This document shows positions 19,167 through 27,345 of a stretch of 35,488 nucleotides of DNA, piece by piece. Position 1 is the stretch's first letter, and every line of letters starts with the position of its first letter. Where the stretch lies: assembly GCA_045597865.1 (NCBI GenBank), contig JAZLKX010000048.1:1-35488 (forward strand), given 5' to 3'. Position numbers and translations under genes: made by a program. The notes beneath the pieces are model-generated. The model was not told the DNA's origin, made no database searches, and was given only the letters and a program-made list of their open reading frames with translations. The stretch comes from Bacilli bacterium. Lineage in GTDB: Bacteria > Bacillota_I > Bacilli_A > RFN20 > CAG-826.

Positions 19167-19232
19167 TTTACCCTCCTTCCCTGTGTGTATGTGCCAGGCA
19201 GATGGGGAAACCATCTGCCTTGTCACATCATG

Positions 19233-21761
19233 TTAATCTGTCAATTCGCTCTTAACTGCGTTTAGAAGAGACTGATTGCCACCAAAGAACATATCAATGA
19301 TATTATCGTATGACGCTGGATTTGCAATTAGTTCTATTGAGTTTTCATACTCTGAAGATGAAATGTCAACAACCTTTGTTGCCAATACGCTTGTGTTCTT
19401 GTCAACATATACTGCCGTAAACTTGTTGCCAAGCCATACCACAACACACTTGTCGTTGATTGACATAACCTGAACATCACCACGATACACAACCACAACG
19501 CTAAGTCTTGCTCTACTGCTTGAGTTAGGACGAAGCACTGTTGGTATTACGACAGCAGCACTGCCATTGATTGTGTCAGACTCATCATTAAATATAATCT
19601 GCTGAGTACCGTCTGTCATGCTTAACGACTTCAAATCTCCAAGATAGTAATCCTTGACATGGCGTCTCGACATAACCGAATACTGACCTATGCCTTGTAG
19701 TGAAGGAGCATCATATCGCAAAGCATCAACGTATGGCAAGTCATATACAATACACTCTACATTGAATAGAATATTCTCCGTAACGAGGTTTCTTATCTGG
19801 TAGTTGTATATCTTTAAAACAACTCTCTCCTTGCTATCGAAACGAAGATAGAACGACTGGCTTGAAGAGTTACCTATGAGCTTGAGCTTTGTCGGCTCTG
19901 TTCCATATATGTCCTCTTCGTCAACAATCTTCAGGTCTGTTCCATTGTTGACACCTGTATCGTTTGAGTTGAATGTAACAAGAATGTTGTTGTTCGCACC
20001 AGATGTAGTGACAATTCTGATATGCGTATCATCGAGCTTTGTTACAACAGAACCATTACCTTCTGCTGTTACGTCTCCAATAGCATTCTCAACAACCTTA
20101 TCTGCTATACTGAAAACAACTTGTATATCTCCAGTCTGCTTTGCAGGGATAGTAAACACGATATTGTTGACATTATCACTGGTAACTGAAGCAGGGTTAA
20201 ATCCACCTTTGGTACTAGAACCTACAGAAAGAGTTTGAGTGCCAACATTAAACGCTGCAATACCTACATTCACATTCTGAGAGTCTTCAGAATATGTATA
20301 TTCAGTTGCATACGTTCCATTGTGGAGGCTTGCATCCATTGGTTGACCAGTGGTGTTCAAGAAGTAACGTATCTCGTACTTGGCTCTGCTTGCATAGAAG
20401 CTGATACTTGTCCTTCCTCCATACGACAATGTAACAGGATTGTCTTCTGAATAATTATCTGAAGAGTTGTAACCTGCCACATATACAGGATAGACATATA
20501 CACGCTGACTACTATTAGGCGTTAGATTGAATGATGATGAGTTTAAGAAAGTCCAACTGCCATTTTCAATCTTATACTTCACTCCTTCAACTCCAGTACC
20601 CTTTGAAATTGTGACAGTGTATGTATCTAATTTCGTTACAGGCTTCCAACTCTGGTTAGATGCGCCCATACTGCCAGCCTTGCTCGCACTACCTTCTATC
20701 TTATAACCATTCTTTACAGATGCTGTAAGTTCGTAATAGTAACCATACTTGATAGTGACATCGCGATTCGTGTCTGTATATCCAGATACTACACTTGTTG
20801 TCTTACTGCTATTCGTCCACACCTTATACGAAACGCCCTGAATGCCTGCATCGCTACAATCAATAGTGAACTTATAGTCAATGGCGTTCCACTGAGCAAT
20901 AAACTCCACATTACCCTGAACGGTATATGATGATCCGGCAGCGTACGTTGTACCTCCGTTTATTTTCCATCCACCGAATACGTGTCCAGTTCTTGACATC
21001 GTATTCGATGCAGGCAGAGTTATCGTATCACCCTCCGTTTTTGCAACACTGCTTGTAGATGCGCTTCCGTTATACGTACCGCCATTTGGATTGTATTTAA
21101 CCGTATATGTGTTTGGAATCTTCCTCCAAACAGCATATACTGTTTTACTTGATTTCCATCCGCTATACGTTATTGACGTTCCATAGTTAGATGAAGTGGC
21201 AGAGCTTGAATCTGCCCAGCCAAGAAAGTTATATCCTGCTCTTGTCGGTGCTGAGCTATATGTTCTTCCATCAACAGCTTCTTCTTGATAAGTAGTAGCT
21301 CCACCAGAGAACGCTCCTCCGTTTGCATTGTATGTGCAATATACAGCTAATGACAGACCTCCAAGAGTTTGAGTAAAACTGCTTCCACTCTTTTGAGTAA
21401 GAGTTATACGACACTCAAATGATGTTCCATACTTTGATTCGTAGCCTTGGTCGCTACTTCCCAATATATATATACACAACAATTCAGGATGATACTGCTC
21501 TCCATTAACAATGTTTTTATATAGCACATTATTAACATAGTCATTTTTAAATTCGCTTTTGACTAAGGCTGTCTTATCATTTACTCCATCAAGGTTGAAT
21601 TTATACACGTAACTCTTTCCCTGCTCAACCTTTATGCCAGAGCCTTTGGCTGTAGATGCGCTACTTCCAACACTTCTGTAATTATTTGTGTTAAAAGTTG
21701 AAGCGTTAAAGTCGTCGTAGCTCGTCTTCCCTGAACCGTATTCATAAAGTACATATCCCAT
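19233..21761 (-). CDS. Fibre/adhesin-like virion protein with Listeria-Bacteroides (InlB B) repeats, 842 aa
   Basis: YNANGG...PTRAGYNFLGW...VYAVW and YNPNGG...RTGHVFGGW...FIAQW, followed by more divergent beta repeats; Ser/Thr/Tyr/Gly-rich. Confidence 0.75.
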   Translation of the reverse strand: MGYVLYEYGSGKTSYDDFNASTFNTNNYRSVGSSASTAKGSGIKVEQGKSYVYKFNLDGVNDKTALVKSEFKNDYVNNVLYKNIVNGEQYHPELLCIYILGSSDQGYESKYGTSFECRITLTQKSGSSFTQTLGGLSLAVYCTYNANGGAFSGGATTYQEEAVDGRTYSSAPTRAGYNFLGWADSSSATSSNYGTSITYSGWKSSKTVYAVWRKIPNTYTVKYNPNGGTYNGSASTSSVAKTEGDTITLPASNTMSRTGHVFGGWKINGGTTYAAGSSYTVQGNVEFIAQWNAIDYKFTIDCSDAGIQGVSYKVWTNSSKTTSVVSGYTDTNRDVTIKYGYYYELTASVKNGYKIEGSASKAGSMGASNQSWKPVTKLDTYTVTISKGTGVEGVKYKIENGSWTFLNSSSFNLTPNSSQRVYVYPVYVAGYNSSDNYSEDNPVTLSYGGRTSISFYASRAKYEIRYFLNTTGQPMDASLHNGTYATEYTYSEDSQNVNVGIAAFNVGTQTLSVGSSTKGGFNPASVTSDNVNNIVFTIPAKQTGDIQVVFSIADKVVENAIGDVTAEGNGSVVTKLDDTHIRIVTTSGANNNILVTFNSNDTGVNNGTDLKIVDEEDIYGTEPTKLKLIGNSSSQSFYLRFDSKERVVLKIYNYQIRNLVTENILFNVECIVYDLPYVDALRYDAPSLQGIGQYSVMSRRHVKDYYLGDLKSLSMTDGTQQIIFNDESDTINGSAAVVIPTVLRPNSSSRARLSVVVVYRGDVQVMSINDKCVVVWLGNKFTAVYVDKNTSVLATKVVDISSSEYENSIELIANPASYDNIIDMFFGGNQSLLNAVKSELTD

Positions 21762-21774
21762 ATCTTATGTCCTC

Positions 21775-22920
21775 CTATTCTGATTTAGTTACTGTTAATA
21801 TTCCATAGCCGTCAATAGTGCTGTCTATCTCGCCAAGAGAGAGAATCTTTGACGTGCTAACGCCATCAGACCAAGTAAATATTCGTTCTTTTGTCGTTGT
21901 AGCGAACGGAATGACAAGCGATGAACCACACTCGCATCTGATAATGATATTGGCATCACCTTCTCCGTTGATTTTGCACTTGATTTCAATACCTCCAACG
22001 CCATACTCATTGCTTACTATCGTTGGCAGCTGAATGAACTCCACACTTATAACTGAAATATCGTCACTCTGTATGTCTATGATATTGTCATAAGAGTTAT
22101 CTGGAATGAGTTCATCTTCCAACGTGTATGAGTTATGCTCTACGAAATACGTTACGTATGTCTTACCGAACATATCTCGTGTGATGCCGTCTGTGATGTC
22201 AACCTCTGCATCCGTATCGTCTGTGAACTTGCGTCTATCCTCAACCTCCTCAAGTCTGTTGACAACATCTTCGCAAATAAGTTTTAGTGTGATCTCATTA
22301 CCTTGCCTGTTCTTTATCTTGATGGTGTATGCATTACCACCCATTGCGATGTTATTGAATCCAACAATCTCAATGGAACGAACATCTTCGCCTTCTCCTC
22401 TAACACTATTCTCGCTATTGATTGTGAATGATGAACTGAATGTGCCTATTGTTTCTCCATTGTCAACAATGCTGGCTTCATTACATGACACATCAATAGA
22501 ACTGCTTGATTCGATAAGTATCTTTGTGGCGTTGTCTCTTTTGATTTTTACAAGCAACTCCTGACCATCTACATACAAGTTATCCTTGAAGCGTATGTAA
22601 CCATCATCGTCACTACCGCACTTACACATATTCTCATCTACATATTCCTTCAGGTTCTTCAGCTTGGCATCTACCGCTGTCTTGGTGTAGTAGTTGTCAA
22701 ACATCTTTCTGAGCCATTTAAGAAACTCTCGGAAATCGAAATAAGTCATGTGGTCATGACCTACTCGGTTCGGTATCTTATGGCTGTCGAAGAGAAGGAT
22801 ATAGTCGCTCTCAAGATTGCTCGACTTACCATCCTCAACGAGTTTCATTATAAGGCTGTCAATACGCTCCTTGCACATCTGCCAGAGCTTTTCCAGCATC
22901 TTCTTCATCGTATTCTCCAT
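21775..22920 (-). CDS. Hypothetical acidic virion protein (381 aa)
   Basis: Lies in the structural operon; NYYTKTAVDAKL motif typical of fibre proteins; beta-rich C-terminus. Confidence 0.6.
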   Translation of the reverse strand: MENTMKKMLEKLWQMCKERIDSLIMKLVEDGKSSNLESDYILLFDSHKIPNRVGHDHMTYFDFREFLKWLRKMFDNYYTKTAVDAKLKNLKEYVDENMCKCGSDDDGYIRFKDNLYVDGQELLVKIKRDNATKILIESSSSIDVSCNEASIVDNGETIGTFSSSFTINSENSVRGEGEDVRSIEIVGFNNIAMGGNAYTIKIKNRQGNEITLKLICEDVVNRLEEVEDRRKFTDDTDAEVDITDGITRDMFGKTYVTYFVEHNSYTLEDELIPDNSYDNIIDIQSDDISVISVEFIQLPTIVSNEYGVGGIEIKCKINGEGDANIIIRCECGSSLVIPFATTTKERIFTWSDGVSTSKILSLGEIDSTIDGYGILTVTKSE

Positions 22921-22932
22921 GTTTCCCTCCTA

Positions 22933-23610
22933 TTATACATTCCACATCTGAAGCATGACGCTTATCTGTTCGTCAAACACTTGGCTCTGCTGAGCTTCAC
23001 CAAACACCTTCTCCACTATGCTCGCACATACGAGAGTGACGAACTCGTCAAACTCTTCTGGCAAGTCCTCTGCCTTCGTGATTGGTATATACCTGGCAAA
23101 CATGACTGGCTCATTGTCTCGGCACGAATAGACCTCTATGTTACCGAAAGCTACAGCCACCTTTGGCTTGCTCTGTATGCCCTTGCTGTGTATGAACTGC
23201 TGATTCTTATACTCATCGTCTGTCACTTTGAGCGTATCAGCAATGGCTCTCTCCCAGCATTTCATCCTTATGCCGAACAACTTGATGAAGTCGCTTGGCA
23301 CAGGAATATAGCCAACTCCGTTCTCAATGACTGGCAATGTAGTGATGGTCTCTCCATCAACCTCAACCTCTCTCAGAGGAAGACTCTTGGCTACCTTGTC
23401 AAGTCTATGATGCGGAACTATTGTCAGAACCTTTCGCGCTGCTTCGTCAAGATACTCATTGATATAGGTTGCGATAGGGTAGAAGGCTCTATCCTCGCTA
23501 CCTTCATCAAGAAGAAAGTCTGTGTCCTCTCCGCGAGTCCACTCCTCAAGCCTTAGTCTTGTCTTCTCAATGAGAAATCTTCTGCGCTCATCTATCCCTC
23601 TCAAATCCAT
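22933..23610 (-). CDS. Putative head-tail adaptor (225 aa)
   Basis: INEYLDEAARKV...GYIPVPSDFIKL...KPKVA...DLPEEFDEFV pattern of adaptor / tubular-A-like proteins; two genes downstream of the capsid gene. Confidence 0.55.
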   Translation of the reverse strand: MDLRGIDERRRFLIEKTRLRLEEWTRGEDTDFLLDEGSEDRAFYPIATYINEYLDEAARKVLTIVPHHRLDKVAKSLPLREVEVDGETITTLPVIENGVGYIPVPSDFIKLFGIRMKCWERAIADTLKVTDDEYKNQQFIHSKGIQSKPKVAVAFGNIEVYSCRDNEPVMFARYIPITKAEDLPEEFDEFVTLVCASIVEKVFGEAQQSQVFDEQISVMLQMWNV

Positions 23611-23611
23611 A

Positions 23612-24022
23612 TTACTTCAAATTAGGAAAAGACACGCCAAGCTCTTCAGCCTTTGCAAGCATCTTCTCGCGAGTATCAACTTCTTCCATCTCACAACCGA
23701 ACTGCGTAACGAGAATGTTGACTGCGCTGTTCACGCTCTTGACGCGTGGCATCGAACGTGAAGGCTCTGTATTCTTGCAATCGTCAGCCTTCTTGTCTGC
23801 ATCAACCTCACCGCCAGTAGTACGGAACAACTTGATGATACCCTTGCAGAACCAAGGATGTGCCTCAATAGCTCGCTGTACTTCATCGTTTGAGGTAGAG
23901 TATTTACACGTGCAGTCGAGTGGCTCGAAGTTGTCAAACGTGATACCTTTCTTGTAATCGTGAACAACAACCTTGATGAACGCTCTCTGCATTCCCGTAA
24001 TCTTATATGTCTTTGTTACCAT
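23612..24022 (-). CDS. Phage hypothetical protein downstream of the capsid gene (136 aa)
   Basis: YSTSNDEVQRAIEAHPWF and C-terminal AKAEELGVSFPNLK; operon position. Confidence 0.7.
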   Translation of the reverse strand: MVTKTYKITGMQRAFIKVVVHDYKKGITFDNFEPLDCTCKYSTSNDEVQRAIEAHPWFCKGIIKLFRTTGGEVDADKKADDCKNTEPSRSMPRVKSVNSAVNILVTQFGCEMEEVDTREKMLAKAEELGVSFPNLK

Positions 24023-24036
24023 GTCGCAAATGTTTT

Positions 24037-24077
24037 AAAAAGAAAGGGAGGTACTGCACTATGGCAGCAGCCTCCCC
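24037..24077 (-). terminator. Intrinsic terminator after the major capsid gene
   Basis: Minus strand GGGAGGCTGCTGC-CATAGT-GCAGTACCTCCC followed by TTTCTTTTT. Confidence 0.75.
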
Positions 24078-24108
24078 ATGTCTATCTATTATGGTTAATC
24101 AGAATTGA

Positions 24109-25530
24109 CTATTCTGGCATGATAAGCGCGTGGCACTTAGCATACTTCAAGCAGATTGCCGATACCTCTGACAATACGTTAGAGTCAGCATCCATGATAC
24201 CAGAAGAACGAAGGTCGAGCTTCTGACGAGACATTGCACGATAGACGCGCTTGTCAAGGTGCTGTGGGTCAATAACGATTGCCGAATTGCTCCACTTCTC
24301 ATCGTACTCACCGACTACGTTGAAGATAGGGAGTGGTATGAGGTTGAGAGTACCATGATTTGATACCCACTTACGCCATGTCAAACCGAATACCTTGTCA
24401 GTCTCAGTAGCGTTGATCTGACGCTGGAGTGATGGGAGCTTAGAGAGTGCAGTGATAAAGCCTGCACCTGCAAGCAAGATACGGTTGTTAGAACCGCTGT
24501 TGCCTACGAAAATCTTCTCCATGAGCTCAACAGCATCGCCATCGTCGAATGTGTTAGCGTTGTATGTGAGAACTGAACCGCCCTTCTCTACAATCTGCTG
24601 GATGATACCAGAGCAAGAGTAAACAGGGAGACCGCCATGCTCTGCATCAACATTGAATGTCTTACCGAGCTTACCCCAGATAAACGTCTTTTCGATGTCG
24701 AGCTTGTAGTTCTCAATTGCCAACTCGTCATCGTCTGCCATTGTCCAGCCTGCTTCGTTTGGAGTCTGCTGTGACCAGCCTGACTGAAGTGTTGAAGACA
24801 TGAACTTCTGGCAGTAGCCGAAGTCCTTACGTGGCAATGCCGAGTAAGAAGGTGTCTTCAAGGCAAGCTCGTCTGCCATGTGACCGAGACGAATGACATC
24901 AGAATCAGCTGTAATGAGAGCTTCGTTGAATGTCATGTGCTCTGGAGAATCAGGCTTCTTTGTACCGTTGATTGGAATACAAGTCAACGTCTTTGTCTCG
25001 AAGTCGATAGACTTCACATACATTGTGAGAGGTGATGTACCGCCAGTCGTAGCTTCACCCTTGAGAGTGTAGCCATTCACGTTAGGGAACATGATCTGGT
25101 CTGTAACATCGAATACACTCACGTTGTCAACGCGAACAGCGAATGTATCAGGCAAACCTTCGTTTTCAGTCTTTACGACAGCACCTACTGTCTTAGCGTG
25201 AATCTTACGAGTGTCCTGCGAGTAATACTTGAACTCAACAGAGTTTACATGAACAATTTTTCCTGTACGTGTAATTGTATCAACTGGAGAGATGTAAGAC
25301 TTAATTATCAGCACTCCCTTGTCAAGAGTATCCAGCTTGTACTGAGTGCCGAGTGAGTTGTCGCCATCACGACGCTCAAGAGCATCAGTCTTCACCTTGT
25401 CGCTGATGTGCATGCCCACATCTTCCTTACCATTTGGCTCGAAAGCCATTGCCATCATAGCACCTCCGTCAATGGCAGCAAGCACTGCCGTAACGAGGAG
25501 TGAAAGCAAATTCATCAAATACTTCTTCAT
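24109..25530 (-). CDS. Major capsid protein (HK97 fold, SU10/DUF5309-like), 473 aa, with hydrophobic N-terminal leader
   Basis: GYCQKFM...YKLDIEKTFIWG...YSCSGI...IFVGNSGSNNRILLAG...FGLTW...HGTLNL...SEVSAICLKYAKCHALI; has its own promoter and terminator. Start moved to 25530 because AGAGGGAAAT precedes it and the track's start overlaps the -7 box. Confidence 0.85.
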   Translation of the reverse strand: MKKYLMNLLSLLVTAVLAAIDGGAMMAMAFEPNGKEDVGMHISDKVKTDALERRDGDNSLGTQYKLDTLDKGVLIIKSYISPVDTITRTGKIVHVNSVEFKYYSQDTRKIHAKTVGAVVKTENEGLPDTFAVRVDNVSVFDVTDQIMFPNVNGYTLKGEATTGGTSPLTMYVKSIDFETKTLTCIPINGTKKPDSPEHMTFNEALITADSDVIRLGHMADELALKTPSYSALPRKDFGYCQKFMSSTLQSGWSQQTPNEAGWTMADDDELAIENYKLDIEKTFIWGKLGKTFNVDAEHGGLPVYSCSGIIQQIVEKGGSVLTYNANTFDDGDAVELMEKIFVGNSGSNNRILLAGAGFITALSKLPSLQRQINATETDKVFGLTWRKWVSNHGTLNLIPLPIFNVVGEYDEKWSNSAIVIDPQHLDKRVYRAMSRQKLDLRSSGIMDADSNVLSEVSAICLKYAKCHALIMPE

Positions 25531-25572
25531 ATTTCCCTCTATTTTAGTTTGTTTGATATTTCCCTCGTGATG

Positions 25573-25602
25573 CAAAGATAATTATTTATTTAGATTAAAT
25601 AA
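25573..25602 (-). promoter_or_regulatory. Capsid gene promoter with adjacent palindromic operator
   Basis: TATCTTTG (-) at 25573-25580; TTATTTAGATTAAATAA at 25586-25602. Confidence 0.7.
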
Positions 25603-25622
25603 AAATAAAGTGGGAATAATTA

Positions 25623-25781
25623 TCATTTGCAGTCTTTTTCTTCCTTATCTTCCTCTTGTTTATATGCCAGATACCTAAACATATCATCTACCCATATCAC
25701 CAATCTGACACAGAAGAAGGCATACACCACCACTATTGCGATGATGCACGCCAATATTCCGATAATCTCAAGCAATCCCAT
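25623..25781 (-). CDS. Small single-pass membrane protein (52 aa; not in ORF track)
   Basis: MGLLEIIGILACIIAIVVVYAFFCVRLVIWVDDMFRYLAYKQEEDKEEKDCK*; starts 7 bp after the upstream stop, with AGGAGG upstream. Confidence 0.7.
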   Translation of the reverse strand: MGLLEIIGILACIIAIVVVYAFFCVRLVIWVDDMFRYLAYKQEEDKEEKDCK

Positions 25782-25788
25782 ACAGACG

Positions 25789-26043
25789 CTATTCCTCCTC
25801 TTCCTCTTCTTCGGGTGCTGTCCACTCTGGAGTCTGCATCAAGGCAACCCTCTCTGCATTGTCCATCACATACAGGTCATTCGTTAGATGTGACTTGCCG
25901 AATTTCTTCGCCCTTGCGTCCGTTGTCAACTTAGCAACAACCGTCATAGTGTTGTCATTGTTGTAGCGGTGAGTGCTTGCAATTGCAGCACCCCAAATCT
26001 CTGTGTCGATTTCTTTCGACATTAAGTAAAATTGCGTTGTCAT
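25789..26043 (-). CDS. Hypothetical protein (84 aa, acidic tail)
   Basis: Operon position; TAGGGAAA before ATG; ends LMQTPEWTAPEEEEEE. Confidence 0.7.
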   Translation of the reverse strand: MTTQFYLMSKEIDTEIWGAAIASTHRYNNDNTMTVVAKLTTDARAKKFGKSHLTNDLYVMDNAERVALMQTPEWTAPEEEEEEE

Positions 26044-26059
26044 TTTCCTATTATTTTGG

Positions 26060-26866
26060 TTAGATGTTAATCATGTTATCGCGTACCCATGCGCTTTCTG
26101 TGTCGGTGAGGTCACGAAGGAACAAAGCAAAAAAGTGAAAAATCATGTTCGAACGAATCTGTGATGAAGTGTATGCAAGCCTTATTGCCGAATCTGTATC
26201 TAAGACACGTGTTCTTGTTGCAACAGTTTCTCTATCGTTGAACTTGCGAATATCCGACGGATAACGGAACTCGAATGTAACATCCTGGTTGTTGATTAGA
26301 TACGACACATCTTCACTTCCTAAAAATGTTCCTCGGACGCGGGAGTTATCGGTATTACGCATTAATATAACATAAGCAACTTGTGTGCTGACATATTGCC
26401 GTGATAACGCAAGTGGAATATCTGACACACGACAGATAACCGAACAAGCAGTAACTCCCGAGAATGGGAATGCATTCTGTGTAATAGCATAATCATCTAC
26501 TCCGTCAAACACCAGCTGCCCTTCCTCGTTAATATATCCGTCATCTTCCAATCCACTCATGCCAGATACTCTCATATCATATCTTGAGTCACCTTGCAAA
26601 TTTTCAAGATAGAAAGTTCCGCTTTCAATAGCTTGCTCCTGTATATATTCATTCGTCAAACCTTGCAGACGTGGGTCGTACCAAAGTCTGAGTGACGCAT
26701 ACAATGCAGGTTGCTCTGCTTGCATCTTAGCGAGAATGCGTGCTGGCGTAGGTGTCGGGGGTACAGGCGCACCCTTCTTCCTGCCTGGAACACCGATGCA
26801 GCCTACGGAACGCACACCAATGTTGCGAAGTCCGAGGCTCTTCATGCCTATGCTCTTGTCTATCAT
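26060..26866 (-). CDS. Putative virion decoration protein with LamG/concanavalin-like domain (268 aa)
   Basis: N-terminal (I/L/V)G repeats, PVPPTPTP linker, LVFDGVDDYA and LFLRDLTDTE motifs bracketing a beta-sandwich. Confidence 0.6.
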   Translation of the reverse strand: MIDKSIGMKSLGLRNIGVRSVGCIGVPGRKKGAPVPPTPTPARILAKMQAEQPALYASLRLWYDPRLQGLTNEYIQEQAIESGTFYLENLQGDSRYDMRVSGMSGLEDDGYINEEGQLVFDGVDDYAITQNAFPFSGVTACSVICRVSDIPLALSRQYVSTQVAYVILMRNTDNSRVRGTFLGSEDVSYLINNQDVTFEFRYPSDIRKFNDRETVATRTRVLDTDSAIRLAYTSSQIRSNMIFHFFALFLRDLTDTESAWVRDNMINI

Positions 26867-27138
26867 AGTATTGCTCCGCTGGTTGGCTGGTTGAGTGTCT
26901 TGACCACAATGGACAGTCCTTCAACTGCTCCTGAGTATGTCATGTCATAGATTCTCTCGCTGAACTTGACAGACGAGCAGAGGACATGGTTACTGCCTGT
27001 TGCTGAACGATAGATGCGGATGTCATTGTCACGAGCATCATCCTTGTCAAATTCGAGGTGGAGCGCGAAGTCTCCGCTTACCTCAATCGGTGCGCTCTCG
27101 TAGAATCGTGCGCCCTTAGTGAACGATAGTTCTGTCAT
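26863..27138 (-). CDS. Hypothetical small beta-rich protein (91 aa)
   Basis: ATGA overlap with the next gene; structural operon. Confidence 0.7.
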   Translation of the reverse strand: MTELSFTKGARFYESAPIEVSGDFALHLEFDKDDARDNDIRIYRSATGSNHVLCSSVKFSERIYDMTYSGAVEGLSIVVKTLNQPTSGAIL

Positions 27139-27234
27139 TTTCTTCGGATTTTTGATTGTTAGTATTGTTCCTTACATAATCACCAACATCATAGCAATCG
27201 TGGCAATTATCATCTGGATATATTCCCTATTCTG

Positions 27235-27298
27235 TTGCCCATAGTGGAATCGAACCACTGCCTGAGTCACACCGTGCCACCACCAACACCAATGAGCA
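27235..27298 (-). ncRNA. tRNA-like element lacking an anticodon arm
   Basis: Acceptor TGCTCAT/ATGGGCA, D arm GTGT-TGGTGGTG-GCAC, T arm AGTGG-TTCGATT-CCACT; only ~14 nt between the D and T arms. Confidence 0.6.
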
Positions 27299-27345
27299 TA
27301 ACCTTAATAAAACTTTATGGCACAGCCTACCGCCGTAAGAACTGT

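Noticed and set aside
22750-23556. 268-aa + strand ORF (also 18000..18593 and 27235..27825)
   Set aside because: Antisense to well-supported structural genes; no motifs or expression signals.
25531-25575. Track's capsid start at 25575 (likewise scaffold 28155 and 30395 for the KIING protein)
   Set aside because: These starts overlap -7 promoter boxes or the upstream gene; downstream ATGs have better context.
19233-26866. Diversity-generating retroelement acting on fibre or LamG-like genes
   Set aside because: No reverse transcriptase and no TR/VR repeat pair noticed in the window; cannot be excluded elsewhere in the genome.
27235-27298. Canonical tRNA gene
   Set aside because: No anticodon stem-loop can be formed; reported as tRNA-like instead.
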